This document shows positions 1 to 11,249 of a stretch of DNA of 64,000 nucleotides, piece by piece; positions within the stretch are counted from its first letter, which is position 1, and the number at the start of each line of letters is the position of its first letter. The translations under genes were made by a program, and so were the position numbers. The stretch covers positions 2,542,001-2,606,000 of the forward strand of contig NC_052158.1 of assembly GCF_902713615.1 (NCBI RefSeq), given 5' to 3'. This DNA is from Scyliorhinus canicula. Its lineage: Eukaryota. Below the pieces are notes generated by a model. It saw only the letters and a program-made list of their open reading frames with translations. It searched no databases and was not told where the DNA came from.

Positions 1-330
1 GACAGGGCCCCAGTGTTTTAGATTCCCCAGCCAAGTGGAAAATGACCTATAATTACCCTGTGAAGGCCCTTTGAAACTTACATGCCTTAATGAGAGCACC
101 TCTTATTCTATACAACGGAGTATACAGGCCCAATTTACTCAGCCTCTCATCACAGGACAACCCTCTCGTCCCGGCCGAATACACACCATCAACCTGCACA
201 GTGCTGCCCTCCCGAGCAGATTCAACGAAGGTACAATTCTGAGACGGTGATCGGTAACTGGGCGAGATAGAAGATCAAATGTTTCCTTAAAGGAAGGCAA
301 GTCCAATCCTGCTTGGGTTGATGCAACAAT

Positions 331-697
331 GTGTAGTGGGTATTGTCACTCAATTAGTAATCCAGGAGGCCCAGGGTAAAGCTCTGGGAACCACGGTTCA
401 AATCCCACCGTGGCTGATGGTGAAATCAGAATTCAATAAAAATCTGGAATTAATGACGACCTTGAAACCATTGTTGTCAAAAAAACAACAACTTCTGGTT
501 CAATCATGCCCTTTAGGGAGGAGGAAATGTGCCGTCCTTACCCACTCTGGCCTATATGTGACTCCAGTACCACAGCAATGTGGCTGGCTCTTAACCATCC
601 CAGCAAAATCGCCTGGCAAGCCTCTCAGTTTAAGGGCAATTAGGCATGGGCAATAAATGCAGCCAGTGACCCTCCATGTACCGTGAATGAATAAAAA
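331..697 (+). mobile_element. Old tRNA-headed SINE (SacSINE/DeuSINE-like)
   Basis: B-box-like ggttcaaatccc, shark SINE body (ctggcctatatgtgactccag; gggcaattagg), A-rich end. Confidence 0.6.
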
Positions 698-804
698 GCT
701 CAACACTTGCCCTGACTTATACCTTGAAGGCTGCTGTACATAACTTTGGGGTTTATCAAGTCTACAAGTCAGTGCCAATCACTACCGAAATATTCAACCC
801 TCAC

Positions 805-835
805 CTGATCAACGGAGTGTAGGGTTCCACAGATA
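805..835 (-). CDS. LSM2: LSM2 coding exon 3 (31 nt; (S)ICGTLHSVDQ); gene continues off the left edge
   Basis: Minus strand reads ttctttttag|T ATC TGT GGA ACC CTA CAC TCC GTT GAT CAG|gtgagg. It has a polypyrimidine tract, AG/GT sites, a phase matching exon 2, and a peptide matching vertebrate LSM2. Confidence 0.95.
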
Positions 836-1194
836 CTAAAAAGAAAAAAAAATTAAAGTGCATATATTCACATTAGAAACTAAGTCAAGTTTGCAACAAA
901 CAGCACGTGTACCTTTTCACCCACACCCTCCAACTCTTACACAGTATTCGAAACACAAACAGGCCATTCAGCCCGACTGGTTTGTGTCCTGCACAAGCCT
1001 TCTCCCACTCTGCTTCATCCGAGCCCATCGACATACCCTTTCATTCCAGTCTTTAAGCAGCTTGGCCTGAAATGGATCCTTGTCATTCCCCTCCACTACT
1101 CGTGGCAGCAAGTTCCACCTTTCAATCGCGTTCTGAGTGTTGAGGATTCTGCCCAATTCCCGACTGGATTTATTAATGACGACCTGACATTCAA

Positions 1195-1368
1195 GGGGGC
1201 TGGTTTAGCACACTGGGCTACAGCTGGCTTGTAATGCAGAATAAGGCAACAGCGCGGGTTCAATTCCCATACCGGCCTCCCTGAACAGGAGCTGGAATGT
1301 GGCGACTAGGGGCTTTTCACAGTAACTTCATTGAAGCCGACTTGTGACAATAAGCAAATTATTATTAT
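1195..1368 (+). mobile_element. tRNA-derived SINE with (ATT)n tail
   Basis: A box tggtttagc, B box ggttcaattccc, tail ggaatgtggcgactaggggcttttcacagtaac. A related copy lies on the minus strand at about 14245-14410. Confidence 0.7.
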
Positions 1369-2574
1369 GGCTCTAATTTCGTTTCGCCCACAAGTGAAAT
1401 CAAAGTAGACCGTTCACAAACCTCGATAAGAAGCACATGGAGCCAGTCACAACAAAAATAAAAGATCCTTTTACCAGAAAATGTTGGAAATACACAGGCC
1501 AAACAGGTTTTGTGGAGAGAGGAAACAGAATTAAGGTTGCAGGTCCAGTGACAATTCATCAGAAAGAAAGGACATCAAACTTCCTTTTTTACTCATGCAA
1601 TGCGATCCTCACTACCTAGACCAACATTTATTGTCCATCCCTAATTGCCCCTTGACAAGGTGGTGCTGAGCTGCCGTCTTGAAGCCGCTGCAGTCCCTGA
1701 GGTGTAGGTACACCCACCGTGCTGTTAGGGAGGGAGCTCCAGGATTTGGACCCCACAGTGGATTTGGAAGGTGCTGCCTGAGGAACCTCGGTGAGTTCCT
1801 GCAGTGAATCTTGTCGATGGTGCACACGGCTGACACTGTCCATCGGAGGTGGAGGGAATGTTTGTGGAAGGGACGCCAATCAAGTGGGGCTGCTTTGTCC
1901 TGGATGGTGTTGAGCTTCTTCGATGTCGGAGCTGAGGCAGTGAGTTCTTCATCATATGATACCCAGCTTATGACTTGATCTTGTTGCCACAGTATTTAGA
2001 TACATACTGGTCCAGTTATTGGTCAATGATGACCCTCGAACGTTGTGTTCATAATGGTACCATTCAGCGAGGTGGCAAGAATCTCCCCTGCTGGAGATAA
2101 TCCGACCTTAACCATTTTTCTCTTTCCAAAGATGCTGCCAGATCTGCTGAGTGTTCAGTAGTTTCTGCTTTTTATTTCAGATTTTCAATATCTGCAGTAT
2201 TTTGCTTCTATATTAGCCTTTTACGAAGTCTGGGCCCAATTGCATTTTCAGCATCTGGAGAATAGCTAGAGCCTCAGTAACCTCATTGTTATCAAAACGG
2301 TGTTAGTTGATTTGAGGAAAGTTAAGAATGGATTTAAAAGACTTGCATTTATATTCACGTCTTGCATGACCCTCGAACATCCTGATACAGCCAATCAAGT
2401 ATTTTTGAAGGATAATTACCAGTTCAATGTAGCAAGTAAGGCAGTCAACCAGCACACAGCAAACGTCCACACAGCGCAATGCGGTAACGACCAGATAATC
2501 CGTTTTGTTTTTGGCTGGTGTTTGAGGGGTTTAAAATATTGCCATGCGGTCTTTCACCATCGCCCAAGTAGGCA

Positions 2575-3180
2575 GACAGGTTATGCTGCAATTGTATAAG
2601 GTGTTAGTGAGGCCACACCCGGAGTATTGTGTTCAGTTTTGGTCTCCTTACTTGAGAAAGGACATACTGGCACTGGAGGGTGTGCAGAGGAGATTCACTA
2701 GGTTAATCCCAGAGCTGAAGGGGTTGGATTACGAGGAGAGGTTGAGTAGACTGGGACTGTACTCGTTGGAATTTAGAAGGATGAGGGGGGGATCTTATAG
2801 AAACATATAAAATTATGAAGGGAATAGATAGGATAGATGCGGGCAGGTTGTTTCCACTGGCGGGTGAAAGCAGAACTAGGGGGCATAGCCTCAAAATAAG
2901 GGGAAGTAGATTTAGGACTGAGTTTAGGAGGAACTTCTTCACCCAAAGGGTTGTGAATCTATGGAATTCCTTGCCCAATGAAGCAGTTGAGGCTCCTTCA
3001 TTAAATGTTTTTAAGATAAAGATAGATAGTTTTCTGAAGAATAAAGGGATTAAGGGTTATGGTGTTCGGGCTGGAAAGTGGAGCTGAGTCCACAAAAGAT
3101 CAGCCATGATCTAATTGAATGGCGGAGCAGGCTCGAGGGGCCAGATGGCCGACTCCTGCTCCTAATTCTTATGTTTTTAT
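2575..3180 (+). mobile_element. CR1/HER1 LINE 3' fragment
   Basis: Translates to YCVQFWSP...RRFTRLIP...TRGH...FFTQRVV, the CR1 ORF2 C-terminus, followed by the 3' UTR. Confidence 0.85.
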
Positions 3181-4351
3181 GACAGGACCTCAGTTTAACT
3201 TCACCGCTTAAAAAGATGAAGCCTCCAGCTGCAGCATGTCTCACGGGAGTTTCAGCCAAGATTTTTTTCTCCAGTCTCTGCATCCACAACCTTCTGACTC
3301 GGAGGCGACAGGGCTGCAAGCCACAAACCGGTGGCAATAAAGCATTTTGGAGTATTCCAGTTCTTCAATGTTATGAAAGGTTGACATTCAGAAAGCACAC
3401 AGGTGGAAAACTAATAGCTCGACAATGTTCATTTTCCTTTAACAAGCTCAACCTTTAGTGCAGGAAGTTCAGTTCTTGCTATTTGAATACTCGCCAATAG
3501 AGGCAGTGCAATAGTCCACCAGACTGATTTCTGAGGTGGCAGGATTGTCGTGATGAAGGATTGGATCGACTGGAGTTTAGAAGAATGAGAGGGGATCTCA
3601 TTGAAACGTATAAACTTCTGACAGTGCGGACAGACTGGAGGCAGGGGTAGTGTCCCGTCTGGCTGGGGGGGGGGGGGGGGGGGTTAGAACAAGGGGTCAC
3701 AGTCTCAGGATACCAGACAGGCCATTTAGGACTGAGATGCAGAGAAACTTCACTCAGAGGATGTGAAATTCGCGACCACAGAAGTCACTGAATATATTCC
3801 GGAAGGTAATATATTTCTAGACAATAGAAGCATCAAGGGGTATGGGCAGAAAGTGTGAGTATGGCATTGAGATGAAAAATCGGTCCAAACATATTGAATG
3901 GCACAGCAGGCTCATAGGGCTGAATGGCCTCCTCCTGCTCCTATTTTCTATGTTTCTCACCCCAGGAGGTAATATTGTATTGCAAAATCTATATAATCAC
4001 CTGGTGGGGGAAAGATGCAGTCGGTCCTATACTCTCTTTTCATTTCCTGCTTTATAACCAGACCGGCTTTCCAACACTCCCTGGAATTAGATTCACAGTC
4101 CGCATGTAGACAGTTTCCACAATGGTCAGTAAGGAGTTGGAAAAGGTCACACTGAAAAGTCTTTTGGAGTTTTCCTGTACTCCTTGCCCTGCAATGTGCT
4201 CAAAACCCCTTGTGAATACGCAGTCTTCAGAAGTATTGAAGAGTAAAACAGCCACAGAAGTTGACGGTGATGCCTTAAGAGCTGCTCAGACCAGCATTCC
4301 TACTGCAACATCACCTTTCAATTTAAGGCATTGTTTGCAGAGCTATGTTCT

Positions 4352-6135
4352 GGAGAGAGAGAGAAAGAGAGAGAGAGAGAAAGAGCGAGAGAAAGAGCGA
4401 CAGAGAGAGACGGACAGACCGAGAGAGAGAGAGACGGACAGACCGAGAGAGAGAGAGACGGACAGACCGAGAGAGAGAGAGACGGACAGACCGAGAGAGA
4501 GAGAGACGGACAGACCGAGAGAGAGAGAGACGGACAGACCGAGAGAGAGAGAGACGGACAGACCGAGAGAGAGAGAGACGGACAGACCGAGAGAGAGAGA
4601 GACGGACAGACCGAGAGAGAGAGAGACGGACAGACCGAGAGAGAGAGAGACGGACAGACCGAGAGAGAGAGAGACGGACAGACCGAGAGAGAGAGAGACG
4701 GACAGACCGAGAGAGAGAGAGACGGACAGACCGAGAGAGAGAGAGACGGACAGACCGAGAGAGAGAGAGACGGACAGACCGAGAGAGAGAGAGACGGACA
4801 GACCGAGAGAGAGAGAGACGGACAGACCGAGAGAGAGAGAGACGGACAGACCGAGAGAGAGAGAGACGGACAGACCGAGAGAGAGAGAGACGGACAGAGA
4901 GAGAGAGAGAGACGGACAAGACAGAGAGAGAGAGAGACGGACAGACCGAGAGAGAGAGAGACGGACAGACCGAGAGAGAGAGAGACGGACAGACCGAGAG
5001 AGAGAGAGACGGACAGACCGAGAGAGAGAGAGACGGACAGACCGAGAGAGAGAGAGACGGACAGACCGAGAGAGAGAGAGACGGACAGACCGAGAGAGAG
5101 AGAGACGGACAGACCGAGAGAGAGAGAGACGGACAGACCGAGAGAGAGAGAGACGGACAGACCGAGAGAGAGAGAGACGGACAGACCGAGAGAGAGAGAG
5201 ACGGACAGACCGAGAGAGAGAGAGACGGACAGACCGAGAGAGAGAGAGACGGACAGACCGAGAGAGAGAGACGGACAGACCGAGAGAGAGAGAGACGGAC
5301 AGACGAGAGAGAGAGAGACGGACAGACCGAGAGAGAGAGAGACGGACAGACCGAGAGAGAGAGAGACGGACAGACCGAGAGAGAGAGAGACGGACAGACC
5401 GAGAGAGAGAGAGACGGACAGGACCGACGAGAGGAGAGAGAGAGAGACGGACAGAGAGAGAGAGAGAGAGAGAGAGACGGACAGACCGAGAGAGAGAGAG
5501 AGACAGAGAGAGAGAGAGAGACACACACAGACCGAGAGAGAGACAGACAGACCGAGAGAGAGAGACACACACAGACCGAGAGAGAGAGAGACACACAGAC
5601 GAGAGAGAGANNNNNNNNNNNNNNNNNNNNNNNNNNNNNNNNNNNNNNNNNNNNNNNNNNNNNNNNNNNNNNNNNNNNNNNNNNNNNNNNNNNNNNNNNN
5701 NNNNNNNNNNNNNNNNNNNNNNNNNNNNNNNNNNNNNNNNNNNNNNNNNNNNNNNNNNNNNNNNNNNNNNNACAGACCGAGAGAGAGAGAGACAGACCGA
5801 GAGAGAGAGAGACAGACCGAGAGAGAGAGAGACAGACCGAGAGAGAGAGAGACAGACCGAGAGAGAGAGAGACAGACCGAGAGAGAGAGAGACAGACCGA
5901 GAGAGAGAGAGACAGACCGAGAGAGAGAGAGACAGACCGAGAGAGAGAGAGACAGACCGAGAGAGAGAGAGACAGACCGAGAGAGAGAGAGACAGACCGA
6001 GAGAGAGAGAGACAGACCGAGAGAGAGAGAGACAGACCGAGAGAGAGAGAGACAGACCGAGAGAGAGAGAGGCAGACCGAGAGAGAGAGAGAGGCAGACC
6101 GAGAGAGAGAGAGAGACAGACCGAGAGAGAGAGAG
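4352..6135. repeat. Compound (GA)n minisatellite (24-bp unit left of the gap, 20-bp unit right); contains the N gap 5611-5771
   Basis: Directly visible units (GA)n-cggacagacc and (GA)n-cagacc. Confidence 0.95.
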
Positions 6136-6140
6136 ATAGT

Positions 6141-7822
6141 AAGAAGTCTTACAACACCAGTTTAAAGTCCAACAGGTTTGTTTCAAACACGAGCTTTCGG
6201 AGCGCAGCTCCTTCTTCAGGTGACTGGAGAGGTATGAACCAGAAACATTTATATAGACAAAATCAGCGATGCTGGACAATGCTTGGAATGCGAGAATTTG
6301 CAGGTAATCAAATCATTACAGATCCAGAGAGAGGGATAATCACAGGTTAAAGAGGTGGGAATTGTCTCAAGCCAGAACAGTTGGTGGGATTTTGCAAGTC
6401 CAGGTCAGATGGTGGGGAGTGGATGTAATGCGACATGAATCCAAGATCCCGGTTGAGGCCGCACTCATGTGTGCGGAACTTAGCTATAAGTTTTTGCTCG
6501 GCAATTCTGCGTTGTCGCGCGTCCTGAAGGCTGCCTTGGAGAACGCTTACCCGGAAATCAGAGGCTGAATGCCCTTGACTGCTGAAGTGTTCCCTGACTG
6601 GAAGGGAACATTCCTGCCTGGTGATTGTCACACGGTGCCCATTCATTCGCTGTCGCAGTGTCTGCATAGTCTCGCCAATGTACCACGTTTCGGGGCATCC
6701 TTTCCTGCAGCGTATGAGGTAGACTACATTGGTCGAGTTGCACGAGTATGTGCCGCGTACCTGGTGGGTGGTGTTACCACGTGTAATGGTGGTATCCAAG
6801 TCGATGATCTGGCATATCTTGCAAAGATTGCCCTGGCAGGGTTGTGTGGTGTTGTGGTCGCTGTTCTGAAGGCTGGGTAATTTGCTGCAAACAATGGTTT
6901 GTTTGAGGTTGCGCGGTTGTTTGAAGGCAAGTAGTGGGGGTGTGGGGATGACCTTGGCAAGATGTTCATCTTCATTGATGATGTGTTGAAGGCTGCGAAG
7001 AAGACGTCGTAGTTTCTCCGCCCCAGGAAAGTACTGGACGACGAAGGGTACTCTGTCAGTGGTGTCCTGTGTTTGTCTTCTGAGGAGGTCGGTGCGGTTT
7101 TTTGCTGTGGCGCGTTGGAACTGTCGATCGATGAGTCGAGCGCCATATCCCATCCGTACGAGAGCATCTTTCAGCATCTGTCGGTGTCTGTAACGCTCCT
7201 CCTCGCCTGAGCAGATCCTGTGTATACAGAGGGCTTGTCCATAGGAGATGGCTTCTTTAATGTGTTTTGGGTGAAAGCTGGAGAAGTGGAGCATCGTGAG
7301 GTTGTCTGTGGGCTTGCGGTAAAGCGAAGTGCTGAGGTGACCGTCCTTGATGGAGATGAGTGTGTCCAAGAATGCAACAGAATTTGGAGAATAGTCCATG
7401 CGGAGTCTGATGGTGGGATGGAATTTATTGATCGCATCGTGTAGTCGTTTCAGTGATTCTTCGCTGTGGGTCCAAAGGTAAAAAATGTCATCGATGTATC
7501 TGGTGTATAACGTCGGTTGAAGGTCCTGTGCGGTGAGGAAATCTTGTTCAAACATGTGCATGAAGATGTTGGCATATTGAGGCGCGAATTTGGTCCCCAT
7601 GGCTGTTCCATGCGTCTGGATGAAGAATTTGTTGTCAAAGGTGAAGACGTTGTGATCTAGAATGAAGCGGATGAGTTGCAGAATTGCGTCTGGAGATTGG
7701 CAGTTGTCAGTGTTGAGGACTGAGGCTGTTGCAGCAATGCCGTCGTCATGGGGGATGCTGGTGTAGAGTGCCGAGACATGCATTGTGACGAGAAATGTTC
7801 CTGGTTCAACTGGTCCATGAGC
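6141..7822 (-). mobile_element. 5'-truncated Penelope-like element (RT + GIY-YIG endonuclease) with terminal pseudo-LTR
   Basis: Open frame with GTAMGTKFAP, RYIDD, FLD, YRKPT, VVYLIRC..WYIGET and GLNRD motifs. Confidence 0.93.
6191..6222 (-). ncRNA. Minimal hammerhead-ribozyme-like motif in the Penelope pseudo-LTR
   Basis: CTGAAGA-A-GGAGC-tgc-GCTCC-GAAA-GCT gives a CUGANGA box, a 5-bp stem II and a GAAA box. Such motifs are known in Penelope-like elements. Confidence 0.6.
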
Positions 7823-7823
7823 A

Positions 7824-7845
7824 GGAGAGAGATAGAGAGAGACAG

Positions 7846-7898
<53 letters not shown>

Positions 7899-8700
7899 GA
7901 CCGAGAGAGAGAGAGAGACAGACCGAGAGAGAGAGACAGACCGAGAGAGAGAGACAGACCGAGAGAGAGCCAGACCGAGAGAGAGAGCCAGACCGAGAGA
8001 GAGAGCCAGATCGAGAGAGAGAGCCAGACCGAGAGAGAGAGCCAGACCGAGAGAGAGAGCCAGACCGAGAGAGAGAGCCAGACCGAGAGCGAGAGCCAGA
8101 CCGAGAGAGAGAGCCAGACCGAGAGAGAGAGCCAGACCGAGAGAGAGAGAGCCAGACCGAGAGAGAGAGCCAGACCGAGAGAGAGAGCCAGACCGAGAGA
8201 GAGAGCCAGACCGAGAGAGAGACAGACCGAGAGAGAGACAGACCGACCGAGAGAGAGAGAGACCAAGAGAGAGATACAGACCGAGAGAGAGAGAGAGAGA
8301 GACAGACCGAGAGGGAGAGACAGACCGAGAGAGAGAGACAGACGAGAGAGAGAGACAGACCGAGAGAGAGAGACAGACCGAGAGAGAGAGACAGACCGAG
8401 AGAGAGAGACAGACCGAGAGAGAGAGACAGACCGAGAGAGAGAGACAGACCGAGAGAGAGAGACAGACCGAGAGAGAGAGAGACAGACCGAGAGAGAGAG
8501 AGACAGACCGAGAGAGAGCGAGACAGACCGAGAGAGAGAGGCAGACCGAGAGAGAGACAGACCGAGAGAGAGACAGACCGAGAGAGAGAGACAGACCAAG
8601 AGAGACAGACCGAGAGAAAAACATAGAAACAGAAAGAGGGGCAAGACAGAGGTAAACAGAGAGTAAGAGAGAGTGACAGATTGAGACAAACAGAGATAGG
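7824..8700. repeat. Compound (GA)n/cagacc microsatellite
   Basis: Directly visible; same motif family as 4352-6135. Confidence 0.95.
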
Positions 8701-8907
8701 GCCATTGCAGAAAGGAGGTGAGAGCTTCCACTAATAACATTACTTATATCACCCCATCGTCATGCAAGAATGTGGAATTCAACCACAAACAGGTCAGCCA
8801 TCGTCTTATTGAATGGCGGAGCAGGCTCGGAGGGTTTGAGTGACCTACTCCCGGGGCTCCTATCTCTTTATCTGCTGTCGTCAACAAACAAGACAAGGTG
8901 CACTCAC

Positions 8908-8975
8908 CTGAGATCATTCTTTAACTCCACAACAACATCTTTCCCAACCAGGGATTTGAAAAACGAATAAAATAA
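8908..8975 (-). CDS. LSM2: LSM2 coding exon 2 (68 nt; LFYSFFKSLVGKDVVVELKNDL(S))
   Basis: Minus strand reads ctgttttag|TTATTTTATTCG...AATGATCTCAG|gtgagt. The translation matches the N-terminus of the U6 snRNA-associated Sm-like protein LSm2. Confidence 0.96.
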
Positions 8976-9399
8976 CTAAAACAGAAGATTTGAAAAAAAG
9001 AGATTCGTAAATATGAGTCAGGGCATTCATTTGACACCAAAACAGCTTAACTTCAAAACAAGCAAAGCGTGGCCGATTGGGCAAAACTTTGAGAACCTTC
9101 TATCCAGTCGGTAGGGCGTCAGGAAATGAAGATTTCATGTCCCACAACAGATTGGAATTCATTATATGAACATCGCTCTGCAGCACATAATAAAGGCTGG
9201 CACTAAAGCTCATGGTGGAGGAGCACTGTACTATCAGAGGCACCATCGTTCAGATGGGATATTAAATTGAAGTGCCTGTCTGCCATCCTCAAATGAACAG
9301 AAAAGATCCCCGTAGTTATTTAAACGTGAACATGAATTTCACCCAGTTTCCTGACCAACATCATTTCCTCAAGATTACCACCAATCTAGCATGTTAAGA

Positions 9400-9785
9400 A
9401 ATCTTAAAGTCCCAAAGCACTTGAGGATGAAAGAAGTGTATTTGAAGTGTAATCACTGTTGTAATGCAGGAAAACACATCTGCCAATTTCTACACCGAGA
9501 ACTCCACAAATAGCAATGTGACAACAATCAGATCATCAGCTTTTGTGATATTAATTGAGGGATACATATCGATGAGGGTAAATTCGCCGACATTTCTTCA
9601 AAACAGTGTCTCTGCACCAACTACATCCCTGGGGCAGGGCAGATTTAATAATGGCACCTCCAGTGCAGCACTCAGCACTGGAGAACGTCCTGGCACAGCT
9701 TTTTGTGCTCCAGTGGAATTTGACTGCATCAACTTTTGATTCAGAGGACAATGTGCCACCAACTGAGCTATAGCTAGCACTCAAC
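9400..9785 (-). mobile_element. Ancient AmnSINE/DeuSINE-like element
   Basis: Degenerate tRNA-like head near 9780 and a body resembling 54750-55030 and 2350-2560. Confidence 0.5.
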
Positions 9786-10356
9786 CACCAAAATAAAGAA
9801 ATTAACTGGTCATTCAGGCCACAGATTCACCTTGAAGTCAATCACCACCCCAGGCTTAGACTGCCCACCCAGTGCTGAGCCAACACTGCTCCCCACTCAG
9901 ACACTGGTGGACAGGGATAACCTCACCTCTGTGGGTGCTCCACCCACCTCAGTGGTTAGGTTCACCCGAACCCCACCTCCCCTTAATCGTCAACTCACCC
10001 AAAGCACTGCTCCCAGGTGAGCCTCAATCCACACCCACCCAATTAGCCGACCTGGGCTTGCACCCATGCCTCCTCCCCAATCCCGCACCTCTGCCATCAA
10101 ACCTAACCCCCGCCCTCTCCTCTATCTCCCCCCCCTACCCCACACCAACCTCGCATCGATCTCTACACCACTGTCCCAATCTCGCAGCTGCCCTCGTGCC
10201 ACCTCCCCAATAATGCACCAACCCCCATACCAGCTCCTCAATCAGGCACGGATCCCCATGCAACTTCCCCTATCTAAGTATGCCCAAACACTCCCCCAGG
10301 TTTTGGCTATCTCCGAGCTGGGGCCTCCCCGTCTACGTGGACAGCACAGTAGCAGT

Positions 10357-10625
10357 GGGCAGTAGCATGGTGGTTAGCACTGTGGCTTCACAGCACCAGG
10401 GTTACGGTCTGTGCAGAGTGTGCACGTCCCTCCGCCCCCCCCCCCCCCCCGTGTTTGCGTGGGTTTCCTACGGTTTCCTCCCACAAGTCCCGAAAGACGT
10501 GCTGTTAGGAGAATTGGACATTCTGAATTCTCGCTCTGCGTACCCGAACAGGAGCCGGAATGTGGCGACTGAGGGATTTTCACAGTAATTTCATTAAGCC
10601 TACTTGTGATAATAAAGATTATTAT
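10357..10625 (+). mobile_element. HE1-like SINE with the ...gataataaagattatt tail
   Basis: gggcagtagcatggtggttagcac head, ggtttcctcccacaagtcc core, tail shared with 1195-1368 and 35055-35376. Confidence 0.75.
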
Positions 10626-10626
10626 C

Positions 10627-10885
10627 TCCGAGCTGGGGCCTCCTTGTCTCCCTCCAGGCTGGGGTCTCCCTCCGGGCTGGGGGTCTCCCTCCGGGCTGGG
10701 GGTCTCCCTCCGGGCTGGGGGTCTCCCTCCGGGCTGGGGGTCTCCCTCCGGGCTGGGGCCTACCTCCGGGCTGGGGCCTCCTCGTCTACTGCCGAGCTCG
10801 GGGTCTCCCTCCGAGCTGGGGCCTCCCTGTCTCCCTCCGAGCTGGGGCCTCCGTCTACCTCCGAGCTGGGGCCTCCCTGTCTACC
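10627..10885. repeat. GC-rich ~20-bp minisatellite (ctccgggctgggggtctccc) in LSM2 intron 1
   Basis: Directly visible tandem units. Confidence 0.85.
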
Positions 10886-10899
10886 TCCTTTCTGGTTCA

Positions 10900-11220
10900 T
10901 CCTATTTATCTCCGACCCGGGCCCCGCTCGCTCTCGGCTCCCCCCACCCGGTGCCCGCTCCCCCCGCCCGGTGCCCGCTCTCCGGCTCCTCTCACCATGA
11001 TGGCGGCAGCGGCGGCGGTTGGCGCGGACCCGATTGAAAGCAGTCAGCGCTGGCCTCCCGCTATCGCGAGAACACCCAGAAGCCCCGCCCACCTGGCCGT
11101 CGCCCCGGCGCGCAGGCGCGGGTCCGGCTTCTCCCGCCTGTTCGGGCTTTGATTGACAGCAGCGATTCCCCACGTGCTGCATGCAGCAAGAGCTCACCCC
11201 GCCCTCAGTGCTGTGCAAAG
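10900..11220 (-). promoter_or_regulatory. LSM2 CpG-island promoter and 5' UTR
   Basis: CpG-rich stretch with GC boxes (ccccgccc near 11084 and 11197) around and upstream of the ATG exon. No obvious TATA box. Confidence 0.75.
10996..10998 (-). CDS. LSM2: LSM2 exon 1 coding part (initiator ATG only)
   Basis: Minus strand reads gccgccatcATG|gtgaga, a Kozak-like context followed directly by a GT donor, inside a CpG island. It joins exon 2 in phase 0 to give MLFYSFFK. Confidence 0.9.
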
Positions 11221-11249
11221 TATTTAGCAAAGGCTGAAACAGCAAGGTA

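Noticed and set aside
4030-4350. Unique sequence with a short open frame before the GA array
   Set aside because: No recognisable homology or consistent splice signals, and it lies antisense within an LSM2 intron.
4122-8740. Many 290-800 aa ORFs (RERE/SLSL type)
   Set aside because: Artefacts of GA repeats and the N gap. Only the Penelope part (about 6347-7822) is real coding-derived sequence.
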